A stretch of DNA of 63,031 bases, counting the filler, from Stramenopiles sp. TOSAG23-6 (taxonomy: Eukaryota), in assembly GCA_900128565.1 (NCBI GenBank). It is 18 parts of 18 records of this genome, joined end to end, with 100 filler letters (N's around TTAATTAATTAA, not from the genome) between each part and the next. Parts side by side here need not be neighbours in the genome. Positions count along the whole stretch, not along the records: positions 1 to 3,436 come from LT637506.1; positions 3,537 to 6,968 come from LT637507.1; positions 7,069 to 10,496 come from LT637508.1; positions 10,597 to 14,022 come from LT637509.1; 14 more parts are not named here. One strand, 5' to 3'. A model generated the notes under the pieces. It made no database searches and was not told the origin of the DNA. It saw nothing but the letters and a program-made list of their open reading frames with translations. This document shows, one piece after another, positions 1 through 10,711 of the stretch. Position 1 is the stretch's first letter. The number at the start of each line of letters is the position of its first letter. Made by a program: the position numbers and the translations under genes.

Positions 1-487
1 CTTTAAAAAGCACTTTAAAAATATTTTTTTTGTACCTAAATTTTGTACTTGTTTTCAAAAAAAATTTGAAAAGTAATTTTGACATCTTCGCTTGAGGTCT
101 AATTTCTATGGCCATTGGCCTCTTACACCAAGTTACACACGACAGCCTTTATTTATTTAAACTGTTGCTACTCCATATTAATATCTACACTGCGTAAAGT
201 TTGACTACGGTACTATATTTCCAATGTATTTACCCCGTGTAGGTGTTAGCTGCCGTGCCATCACTGGTTATTGCAGGTTTTTTTCTCGCCTGCAACAAGT
301 TAAAAGTCCATTCCTNNNNNNNNNNNNNNNNNNNNNNNNNNNNNNNNNNNNNNNNNNNNNNNNNNNNNNNNNNNNNNNNNNNNNNNNNNNNNNNNNNNNN
401 NNNNNNNNNNNNNNNNNNNNNNNNNNNNNNNNNNNNNNNNNNNNNNNNNNNNNNNNNNNNNNNNNNNNNNNNNNNNNNNNNNNNNNA

Positions 488-888
488 CATTACAGCCAAT
501 AACAGAGGATGAAGTAATTCGTCTCCAAGATAACTGGGCAAGTGCGATCAAGAACATTAGCAAAACGTACATGGACCAAGGTGATTATATTTCAGTCGCG
601 GGAGCTGCCGCAGCGGAGTTATACGGCTATGGACATATGAATGTTCTTTTCAAACCAACAAAGGCAACTGATCATCCTTTCCGTTCGACTGGTGAAGAAG
701 CAATGTCTTACTTTGTCGGTGGAGATGTTGTGGATGGAGGTTATGTAGAAGATGCAGGCTTTGCTATTAATGGAGGCCAAGGCTGGAATGAAGTAGTCTT
801 TACAAATCATCAAGTTGATCTTAATGGCCCCATTGCAGTAGCAATGGGCTCCTATGATTTTACTTGTGCAACTTCAGGCGAAAAAGCT
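488..888 (+). CDS. COG4337-family (iota-like, metal-independent carbonic anhydrase-type) protein fragment
   Basis: Frame reads ITEDEVIRLQDNWASAIKNIS...LYGY...VLFKPTKA...FR...AMSYFVGG...EDAGFAIN...W..VVFTNH...AMGSYDF, motifs recalled for this family; truncated by N gaps. Confidence 0.65.
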
Positions 889-1608
889 NNNNNNNNNNNN
901 NNNNNNNNNNNNNNNNNNNNNNNNNTAATCATCGATTTTTAATTTTTTGAATTTAAATAATTTAAATTTAAATTTAAATTGAATGAAAATAAAATCTTTC
1001 GGCTTTATCCTTCTCCACATATCCCAATTTCGGAATACATCTTTGATATCATATTTAACGCGAGAAGTATTTTTATTGAAAAAAAAAATAAATAAATAAA
1101 AGCTTAAAAACACGAAATCTAAATAAAGTTTGATTTAAGGAATTTAAATTCGAATATTTGAGCGCGAAAGTACTTTGATGTGCCGCTCTTTTTCACTTTA
1201 AGTTACATAGTAGTATACCTTACTGAATCCTCCNNNNNNNNNNNNNNNNNNNNNNNNNNNNNNNNNNNNNNNNNNNNNNNNNNNNNNNNNNNNNNNNNNN
1301 NNNNNNNNNNNNNNNNNNNNNNNNNNNNNNNNNNNNNNNNNNNNNNNNNNNNNNNNNNNNNNNNATATTTCTATACTCAAAACGTGGCTGTGATAAAAAG
1401 AGTACACAGGATGAGTGAGTTTTCCTAAGCATACCTCTAATTTATTCCTAAATCCTTGCTCCAGGGAATATCTAAACTGAAACAAAGTCTTGGAGAGAGC
1501 TAAAATTAGAGCACCAATCGACACATCCCTCTCCTTCAGACAAAGTTTGCCAAAAATAGAATCCCCCATACATTCCTATACATCCAAATCAAAGAGAACA
1601 TAGCAGAT

Positions 1609-3436
1609 ATGTCTCGTTCTAATAATATGCAGGAGAAAAAAATACGGCAAAAAGAAAGATTTAACTTTTTCTTCAAAATGGTATTAATGGTTGTAACTCC
1701 TATGTTTATGAGCGGTGCATTTCTGTTCTATCAGATAGAATATACTATAGTCCCTACTATTTCGCCATCAGATCCTGCTAAATGTAATGAGCGTATTCTT
1801 GGTGTGGTATGGGATAATGGTGAATGCAAATGCATGCCTGGNNNNNNNNNNNNNNNNNNNNNNNNNNNNNNNNNNNNNNNNNNNNNNNNNNNNNNNNNNN
1901 NNTGCGGCGTGCGACTATACGTCTGTGAATGATACATGTGACATAAATTGTCCCCTTGGTCAAAAAGGGATATTGAAGTGTAATGCCGACAAGAGTTGGA
2001 CTATAGAAAAAAAATGTCAAGACATAAAGGGTTTTTGTAGTCTAATCAAAAATGAGTTTAGTCTTAAGGATCCAAACTGCCCTAACAGCAGCTTTATATT
2101 TCAAAAATGTTTGACTACATGTAATATAGGAGAGGAAGGAGGACTTATACAATGTCAAGAAAATAAAAAATGGAAAAGAATCAAAGATTGCACTCCCATA
2201 AAAGGATACTGTGCGGATGATTGCACTACAAACGGATATAACGTCGAGAAAAGCTGTTGTATTAATTCAACGGTAAATGCAACGTGCAAAACAACATATC
2301 GTGGAAAGAGCAATGATCTTTGTAAAGATGGAGAATATTTACTTTTGACATGCACAGATAGACAAACCTGGAATTCGGAGTGTAAGAAAATCAATGGCTA
2401 TTGTAAAAATGATGTTCGTTTTCCGTCAGTCATTTCATTTCTTTTATTATGAAAATTTTGGTAAAGCAACATGTACTAAAGATGGAACGTTTGAGAAAAG
2501 TGACGAAGAGAAGGATCAGTATTGTTTAGAAAATCAAGGCTATAAATTTTCTGATAAAAGCATCTGTACAATAACAGGTATAAGTCAATTCTTGAGCAAA
2601 TATAACTCATGGTTGTATTGGATGAAAAATACAGAGTCAGTTTCAAACAGAAGTTGCGCGGACGAATTTCATACATTTACACATCAAGGTGATTGCGCAT
2701 ATAGCAAAGCGTTCTGCTACTTACCAAAAATAACAAAAATGATAAACACGCAAAAATGTTATACATATACAAAAGCTGAAAAGCGTCATTGCGATGTAGA
2801 AATTAATGGATTATCTATTCTGTATAGCTGCTTTACAAATGATAATACTAAAATCCAAATTAATAGAAATGATCAACCGTGCCCCCAAAATACTGCTATT
2901 TTAACTGCTCTTTTGAAGGACTTAACTGCTCTTTTAAATTCAAAGGTCGAAGAAAACATTTCTAAAAAAATAGTATTTCTGTACGTCAAATATCTACAAA
3001 TATCTACAATCAATATACACGTTTATAACTTTCTTAATTATTTTTTTCATACAAAATTTCGTACGTAAAGAAAAAGAAAAATTAGTTTTTTTTACGAGCA
3101 GAAACAAAAATTCTCACAAGAAAGAACTTTGAAATATTTCGTTACAGTGAAAAAAAATCGACAACTGTAACATACAACGTGACATAAACACAAAAGGGCT
3201 AAATCAACTAACTTACTTAAATTTAGAGAACAATAAATTCATTGGAATAATGCCTACTACAATTAGTAACTTGAGCAATTTAGTCGACTTTGATTTGAGC
3301 AATAACAAAATAAGTGGTACTCTGCCGACTGGTATAAACACATTAACAAAATTAACACTACTTGATTTGAGTTCAAATAGCAGCTTGAGTGGAACATTAC
3401 CCACTGACACATTGACAAAGTTAGTTCATTTTGATT
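1609..3436 (+). CDS. Membrane-anchored Cys-rich protein with C-terminal leucine-rich repeats (partial, interrupted)
   Basis: N-terminal TM segment, Cys-rich repeats (ORFs 1787-2452, 2394-3068), LxxLxLSxNxxSGTLP repeats from ~3190; probable intron from GTACGT at 2981; frame break near 2413-2460. Confidence 0.55.
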
Positions 3437-3480
3437 NNNNNNNNNNNNNNNNNNNNNNNNNNNNNNNNNNNNNNNNNNNN

Positions 3481-3492
3481 TTAATTAATTAA
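3481..3492. other. Artificial contig linker N-TTAATTAATTAA-N (recurs about every 3.5 kb: 7013, 10541, 14067, 17588, 21108, 24628, 28139, 31650, 35158, 38652, 42146, 45639, 49130, 52617, 56104, 59591)
   Basis: Identical stop-in-all-frames 12-mer flanked by N runs; contig lengths decrease steadily. Confidence 0.97.
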
Positions 3493-3549
3493 NNNNNNNN
3501 NNNNNNNNNNNNNNNNNNNNNNNNNNNNNNNNNNNNTTCCACAATACAT

Positions 3550-3696
3550 GATGCTCCCCTCATTGAAGGCCGCGGGGATGAAGAACAACCAGAACAAGTT
3601 GGTGGTTCATATCGCCTTTTAAGGATTGATTTAAAAAGTCTGCCCACTGAAAGCGTTGCTCGGCTCCCAGCAAATTGGACAAGTTCCTCTAGATAG
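3550..3696 (+). CDS. Terminal exon of unknown protein (DAPLIEGRG...WTSSSR*)
   Basis: Open frame starts directly after the intron-end motif CACAATACAT. Confidence 0.5.
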   Translation, partial: DAPLIEGRGDEEQPEQVGGSYRLLRIDLKSLPTESVARLPANWTSSSR

Positions 3697-3947
3697 TGTT
3701 GGTGTATTTCAATTTTTCAGGTTAGGGTTAGGGTTAGGGTTAGAGGTAAGAAGAAGGTGTGCTGCACCTGGTAATCTGAAAAGTGCCTTCTTTGTTTGAA
3801 GTAAAATATGCTGAGGAAAAAAGAGATAATCTTGATGACAAAATGAAGTGAGAAAATGAATAGATGTTAGTTATATTTGTAGTTCATTTGTTTCTTTAAA
3901 AAAAATGAAGTTAAAAATAAGTGTTTCATTGTTTTACATTTAATTCT

Positions 3948-4652
3948 TCATAAAGTTGCATACATATCGGCAGCACTACTACTATTTCTCAAATCTGTAC
4001 CAGAATCCCCAAAATCGAAAGGTATATCTTCTTCAAGTGAATTGAAATCTATATAACTTGATCCTCCAGCACCAGTATCATCAAAGTGTTTCCCATGACC
4101 TTTTATCAACCACATTAGCCGAAAGACCATATAACCAGACCTGAAAAAGAGAAGCAGTGAATTAAAAACTTCGGCAACATTATCTCCCATATTAGCAGTA
4201 ATAGATCCATTGTTGAAATCAACACAAAATACTATAAAGGCTACACCACAAATAACTAAAACAATAAAATCAAACTTATTGCTCCAACTTTGAAAGAACT
4301 TTCCTCTCATTGCCACAATTCTAAAACTAATCTCGGCAAAGACAACAATATTTACAAAAAATACTAAACAAAGAACTACCTTTGAGCTTACAGCTTCGTT
4401 AGAACTCACATAAACAAGCATAACAATAGCATCCAAAATGCTGAAAAACAGCATTGTAGCGTACAATATGGTGTAAAAACGACTGTATAAAATTCTTGAA
4501 GCTATGACACCACTGAATTCTCCGTAAATTGAACTTCGCAAAGAACTCTGCCATCCTATACGAGCAGCTTCACCATCCGAAAGGATACCATCATCTAATA
4601 CATGTGATGCTCTATCTGCTGCAGCGGCTAATCGAGGGTCATAATCAGTCAT
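3948..4652 (-). CDS. Voltage-sensor/ion-transport-like 4-TM membrane protein
   Basis: Hydrophobic helices with EISFRIVA and FFQSWSNKFDFIV (Ion_trans S2-S3-like), basic S4-like RSGYMVFRL. Confidence 0.7.
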   Translation of the reverse strand: MTDYDPRLAAAADRASHVLDDGILSDGEAARIGWQSSLRSSIYGEFSGVIASRILYSRFYTILYATMLFFSILDAIVMLVYVSSNEAVSSKVVLCLVFFVNIVVFAEISFRIVAMRGKFFQSWSNKFDFIVLVICGVAFIVFCVDFNNGSITANMGDNVAEVFNSLLLFFRSGYMVFRLMWLIKGHGKHFDDTGAGGSSYIDFNSLEEDIPFDFGDSGTDLRNSSSAADMYATL

Positions 4653-4905
4653 TATTGGAAAAGTGAAAAACGGCTACAAAATAAAGGATTGGACTTTTCG
4701 TATTACTTTTGGATGACCGCGGGTCAACCCGGTCAATAATTGCAACGTCAAAGATTCAAAGAAAAAAAAAAAATCACAATTAACTTTTCTTTGAGTTTTC
4801 GTTTTGACTTAACTCCCGCAGGTATTTATACGGTAACTCGTGTCACCGCTTGATGTGGTACTCTAGTAGCAATAGTATACACAGTAATACTAGTACCTTA
4901 CCCTT

Positions 4906-5400
4906 ATGACTATAATACCTTACTTGATGAATCTCTTCATCATTCTACTCATGACCGCAACATGTGACGCTGCAAGATCACCAACCCAACAAGAATATAT
5001 TGATGGGCTAACGGCTCATAACGAGATGGTGCGCAGACAATATAGGCAGAGTCAAGTTGAAAAACACCATCCTCATTTTAGGGTCCAGCGGGCTAGCCAG
5101 CGGGTACAGCGTGAGAAGCAGGCCAGAAAAGAATCCGAAAGAATGCGAACAGAACAAGCAGAACGAAGAATGGATCAGCAAAGACACAGTAAACCATACC
5201 ACATTAAGCCTCATCAGCCTCATCATCGTCCATTACTACTTGAATACACGCCCTTCGCTCTTGGCAGAGAGCTCAACAAGCCCATTGTAAAACCACATCG
5301 GAATCGCGGAAGACGGGCGCATTCACATGGACGACAGGATACTCCTAGACCTTCCTTGGAAAATGATAGATCCAAAATTTCGTATAAAAAAAAAAGCTGA
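4906..5400 (+). CDS. Hypothetical secreted basic protein
   Basis: 164-aa ORF with signal-peptide-like N-terminus. Confidence 0.45.
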   Translation: MTIIPYLMNLFIILLMTATCDAARSPTQQEYIDGLTAHNEMVRRQYRQSQVEKHHPHFRVQRASQRVQREKQARKESERMRTEQAERRMDQQRHSKPYHIKPHQPHHRPLLLEYTPFALGRELNKPIVKPHRNRGRRAHSHGRQDTPRPSLENDRSKISYKKKS

Positions 5401-5493
5401 TGCTTGTGCGACAATTCTTCGACAACTTTTCATACCTCGAAGTTAAATCAATACTAAATTTCAAATTTATGTTTTTGAATCATTTATTACTTT

Positions 5494-6438
5494 TCAGACA
5501 TTTTTGTGAATGTCAACTAAATATGGAATAGAATGCCGATCTTGCTGAGGTCCACTTGAAGTTTTGATATCAACTTTATGCAACACTGCACACTGAACAG
5601 GTTTGTCCCCTTTAAAAGAATTTTGGACAAAAGTTGATTTTAAGAACGCATTTCCAATTGTGAAGAGTATGTATTCATCATATTTACCAGGTAAGCGATC
5701 AATGCCACAATTTATGAAATGAGAATTTTCTATGAAAAAATCTTCACTATCAACGGCACAAATTTTTGGCAGTCCAAATTGAAGAATACTATCAATTGGA
5801 ATTTTACTACTTAAGGCAGGATTGAGTACCTTTAGCCCTGGTTGATCAGCCCACAAAAGAGTAAATAAGTTGCCATCAATGTGCGCACCAAGCTGATTTC
5901 CTAAATTCTTATTGTTGCCGGGATAATATCGAAGAGACAGACGTCCATCAAGTGTTTCATTTCTAATTGCTAGTGCATCTTCAAAAGTTTTCCCAAGAAG
6001 TATTCTACTTAATCGAAGAGCTAAGCTTCGCATTGCGGTACGAACCGCTTGTGAGGCGACTGGCACATTTGAGTCAATGTTTGATTTATCAACTGCATGC
6101 AGAACAATCACTGCTGAACTATTGTAACTAGCGCCTTCGACAATTTCACTAGCAACTTTATCTAAATTGTGACTTTTATGAGTCTCTTTCACAACTTTTC
6201 TGAGTAAGTCCAAAAATCCAAAGTTTTTGACAGCAAACATAGGAGAAATTCCATTTGATATAGCGTTTATAGCATCTTTCTCTAATTCACAATCTGGTCG
6301 CTGGAGATCTAAAACTGTAAGGGCATGTTGACACTTTTCAAGAGCTTCCGTAACTTCAGAAGTTACACGCTCACACTCACTTCTTTTCAAAATATTCTGA
6401 GATTTCCTTTTATGATGTGAAGTATCAATGGTGACCAT
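5494..6438 (-). CDS. 2-oxoglutarate/Fe(II)-dependent dioxygenase (IPNS-like)
   Basis: LRYYP, HxD (AHIDGNLFTLL), distal His (VLHKV), RxS (RHSIPY). Confidence 0.8.
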   Translation of the reverse strand: MVTIDTSHHKRKSQNILKRSECERVTSEVTEALEKCQHALTVLDLQRPDCELEKDAINAISNGISPMFAVKNFGFLDLLRKVVKETHKSHNLDKVASEIVEGASYNSSAVIVLHAVDKSNIDSNVPVASQAVRTAMRSLALRLSRILLGKTFEDALAIRNETLDGRLSLRYYPGNNKNLGNQLGAHIDGNLFTLLWADQPGLKVLNPALSSKIPIDSILQFGLPKICAVDSEDFFIENSHFINCGIDRLPGKYDEYILFTIGNAFLKSTFVQNSFKGDKPVQCAVLHKVDIKTSSGPQQDRHSIPYLVDIHKNV

Positions 6439-6684
6439 ACCTGTAGCAAAGAACTAAGATATGATATTGAGCATATAAAAGCTTTCGGAATATAATTTAC
6501 TATTGATACTAAATACCCAACTATAAAACAAATGTGACTACCAGTAGCTACCTGCAGTAGTACCTAACAAAAACAAACAACTCTCAACACGTGTACACTA
6601 AGTTACACACACAGGTATACTTGAGTATTACTTACTCAGTCTTACTGGTGTCAACACACAGCCCGACAGGTTTGTTTCCGGTTT

Positions 6685-6886
6685 TTAGAGATAACCTAAA
6701 CCGAGTATACATCTAACTTGTTCCCATATTGGTAATGCAATGATAAAATGAGGACCAAGGCGCAGATAGCTTGCTACCCATCCTCTATATACTCCGTGAA
6801 AGAGTCCATCATGTTTCAGAGTCTTGAGTAGACAATCTAAAGGACTCTTATATAAACCTTTTGAACCTCTTGTAGAAACGTCCGTC
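6685..6886 (-). CDS. Mitochondrial carrier (SLC25) terminal exon
   Basis: YKSPLDCLLKTLKHDG...YRGW..SYLRLGPH; preceded by intron end GACAATACAT. Confidence 0.8.
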
Positions 6887-7132
6887 ATGTATTGTCAAAA
6901 AATATATTTTTTTTAGTAAAAAAATTTCTTAGGTACAAAATTTTCTACCAAAAAAAAATCGAAATTCANNNNNNNNNNNNNNNNNNNNNNNNNNNNNNNN
7001 NNNNNNNNNNNNTTAATTAATTAANNNNNNNNNNNNNNNNNNNNNNNNNNNNNNNNNNNNNNNNNNNNAAATCGTTAGGTACGAAATTTCGTATGAAAAA
7101 AAAATTAAATTAGAAATTCATATCAAACGTAC

Positions 7133-10100
7133 ATATTCACCAGTTTCCTCAACTTGCATTACTTTACACATCATTTCAAAATTCATTTCACCTGATCCTG
7201 TAGCATCAAATTCTTGAAATTTTACAAATGCAAGTTCTAAAAAGTCTACATCTACATTATTATCTGACTGGAATTTTCGCATAAGTTGTTTCTTTTCAGC
7301 TTTAACTACTGCCCGTTTTTGTTTATCAGATGTACCTTCGGCTTTTGTTAATAATGCACCAACTTTATCGGCTGCAGGTGGACCAGCGATTGCAGGGGGT
7401 GGTGGAACTCCAGCAGCACCAAAGCTTGGAGGAGGTGGGATCCCACCAGGACCAAAACCAGCACCTGGACCAACTGATGTTGAATTGAAGTCATGACGAC
7501 TAGGATCAGGATGTTTGCATAATTTATAAAATTCTTCATATGAAACTTGTCCATCATGTATTGTGAATTTTTTTTTTTTTTTGGTTTAAAAAAATCGTTA
7601 GGTACAACATTTCGTATGAAAAAATAATTAGATACAATATTGAAATGAAAACGTACACCATCCAAATCAACCATTTTAATCATTTCATTGATTTCTTCAT
7701 CTGTGATCATTTCACCCATACATATGAGACAATGCCGCAACTCTGCCGCACCTATAAACATATTTTTATCTAAATCTAAGAACCGAAATGCATCAAAAAT
7801 TTCCTTATCTGAAAATTCATCTGATGCTGCAAAAGTACCCTCTTGAATATCAGCTTTCTTTTCCTCAAGTTCTTCTTCATTTCTTTCCGCTTGTAACTCT
7901 GCTTCTTCCTCCTCAGCTTCTTTATCGATTCTATCTCGTTCATCAAATGCATCAACAAGGGGTTGTCGTTGAGGAAACGCAGCACCAGCAGGAGCTGTAA
8001 AATCAAATCTAATTAATAATTCACCAGCTGTATCCTCCTGACCCCATCCTCTTTTCTTATTATAAATGGGTATCCATTCTTCTATATAGCCTTTTTTGAA
8101 ATATGGAAGTAAACTGATTTTTTGTTTTCCTATTAAATCATCACTAGAGATCATATCTTCATCAAATACTTCTAATATTAATTCATATTGATCAACAATC
8201 ATAAATTCTACAACTTCATCCCACATTGGTTCAGTACCACCATCAGTATCCGTTTTTGTTCTCTTTACTTCCTTGCCTGTGTTTGCACCCTCTAATGTAA
8301 ATTTAATATAAGGATCTTGTCTACCTAATGAATCTGCATCAAATAGTTTACGTCCTTGTTTAGGAGTAATTTTTAATTTACCTGCAGCAAAAAATTCAAA
8401 TGCAAATTCAATTTCACCTGCATCTTTCTTTTTTTTATCAAATATTTTGATGAATTTCTTATCTCTTTGACCAACGTCCATTCTAGTATACGGAACTACA
8501 GATAATTCAGTTTCACCTATTAAATCATCCGCGCCCACATCTTCATCATAACATGAAAGTTTTAGTGGATGTTGCCATATTGTATTATCAATATAAAACT
8601 CAAACTCTTCCTCCTTAAAGTATGGATTCTGTCCACCATCTTTTATAGTCTTTCCCCGACGTTTAAATGTTTTATTTGAACCTAAAGAAAATTTCAAATA
8701 TGGATCTTGCTTCCCCCAACTATCCATATTCTTAAGATTTCGACCATCAAATGCAGTTAGAACTAATGTACCTTGTTTTACTGGTTCAAACCATATTTCT
8801 AATTCTAATTCTCCAGCAGGTTGCTGTTGTCCTGATTTCTTATGAATCCAAGTTAAGTCATACCAGTCTCTTTCTGCTTCTAATCCTTCAAAAAAAGGTA
8901 ACATTGAAATCGCCGTTTCCCCAAGTAAATCATTACTAAAGCTACCTTTATTCCAAACACGAAGTAAGAGAGGCATGTCATTGTCTTTTAACATATGCTC
9001 TGGATTAAATAAATTGAAAAAGCAAACTTGCTTTTTAAAATCAGGAAACATTGATTGACCTTTCACCACTTTTGTTTTCTTTACAGGTCCTTTTTTCAAA
9101 GAGGAAACTTTGAACTCACAAAATATATTTAATTTTTCTTCTTTACCTACTTTTGTACTTCGACCAGCAGAATGTTTATGAATGTCTCGTCCTTGATGTA
9201 ATCGTACCATAAAACGACCAGGTCGAGGGACCCAACTTTCTTGCATATCTGGTGGTGGTGGCGGAGGAGGTGGACCACCAACACCTGAAGCACCATCTGC
9301 TCCTGGTGGTGCAAATGAAGGAGGTGCCATAGTAGGTGGTGGCGGAATATCACTTGGTGGTGGTGGAACACCAGGCGCAGCTGTTGGCGGCGCATCAGGT
9401 TTTGGTGGAGGCGAACCAGGCTTTGGTGGTGCACCAGGTGCACCTTCTTTTGCTGCTACAGTTGCTGCATCTTCTGATGGCGGAGGTGCTGATGGTGCTG
9501 GTGGACGAGCTGGTGGTCCTGGTCTTGCTGGTGGTCCTGGTCTTGCCTGTGGTGGGAGCGGACGTCCAGCACCCACTTGGGCAGTCTTTGGAGCACTACC
9601 ATCAGGGGGTCTTTTAGATGGTGGCGGTGCTCGTTTGGTTGGACTACTAGGAGCTTTTGGTTTTGGCCTTGGACCAGGTGGACCAGGTCGTTTGGGTTTT
9701 GCTTGTGCAGCTAAAGCTCTTGCATTTGGTTTAGGTGGCGGCCTTGATGGTGCAGGTCGCTTCGATTTTGCTACAATTTTAGCTGCCATTGGCGGTGCTC
9801 TACCCTGACTTTCTAATGGTGCCGCTCCCGCTGGTGCCTGACTTTGTGATGGCGGCGCAGTAACTGGTGCAGATATTCCAGGTGAAGCTCCAGGTGGTAA
9901 AGGTCGACCTATTGCAGCAGATGGTAATTTCATTGGTGCTGCACCCTGAGGCATTGAGGGTGGAGGTCTTCTGCCCGCCGGACTTCGAGGTGGAGGTCTC
10001 TTTGTTGGTATCGTAGTAGTAGTAGTTGTAGTTGTTGGTGCAGCTGAAGGTGCAGGTCGTTGAGGGGGGAGCGGTCTTTTACCTCCACCTGGCATCCCCA

Positions 10101-10496
10101 AAGGTGCAGGAGGCTTTGATGGTGGAGCTCGTTTAGTTGGTGGAGCTCGTTTGTTTGGTGGTGCTCTTTTAGTTGGTGGAGCACGACCAGCAGCTGCTAC
10201 ATTTGCATTACTGTCTGTTGAAGCACCCATCTTTCTATTTGCACCACCTGGCATTCCTAAAGGTGCGGGTGGTTTCGATGGTGGTGCTCGTTTTGTGCTT
10301 TGAACTTTTTCTAATGACATCGGAGGAGCTTTATTCGGTGGCGGCCTCTTGGTTGCAATTGTAGCTTGACCAGGTATTGGTTTATTTGGTGGCGGCCTCT
10401 TTGTTGCAATTGTAGCTTGACCAGGTATTGGTTTATTTGGAGGCGGCCTCTTGGTTGCAATTGTAGCTTGACCAGGTATTGGTTTATTTGGTGGCG
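7133..10496 (-). CDS. Pro-rich, triple-C2-domain, EF-hand protein (partial at both ends)
   Basis: Three C2 domains (e.g. DSWGKQDPY, DSLGRQDPY); EF hands DLDKNMFIGAAE and DLDG|DGQVSYEEF restored by intron 7556-7656; frame open upstream of 10320 to the contig edge. Confidence 0.85.
7556..7656 (-). other. Non-canonical GT-AT intron (101 nt)
   Basis: GGT|GTACGT...GTACCTAAC...CACAATACAT|GATGGA; removal restores EF-hand loop DLDGDGQVSYEE. Confidence 0.85.
10340..10496 (-). repeat. 51-bp coding tandem repeat (PPNKPIPGQATIATKRP), about 3 copies
   Basis: Direct inspection; in frame with the C2 protein. Confidence 0.85.
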
Positions 10497-10603
10497 NNNN
10501 NNNNNNNNNNNNNNNNNNNNNNNNNNNNNNNNNNNNNNNNTTAATTAATTAANNNNNNNNNNNNNNNNNNNNNNNNNNNNNNNNNNNNNNNNNNNNCAAT
10601 ATT

Positions 10604-10636
<33 letters not shown>

Positions 10637-10641
10637 GGGGA

Positions 10642-10696
<55 letters not shown>

Positions 10697-10711
10697 TTTT
10701 GCAATACCTAC

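Noticed and set aside
2413..2460. Programmed frameshift between the two Cys-rich ORFs
   Set aside because: Segment resembles the 5' half of a family intron (GTTCGT...TATGAAAATTTTG) cut short, so a deletion or misassembly is more likely
3719..3743. Chromosome end
   Set aside because: Only about 4 TTAGGG units with unique sequence on both sides; interstitial
7556..7657. TG...CA (LTR-like) termini
   Set aside because: Only a sliding equivalent when the exon ends in T; fails for introns whose upstream exon ends in A or C
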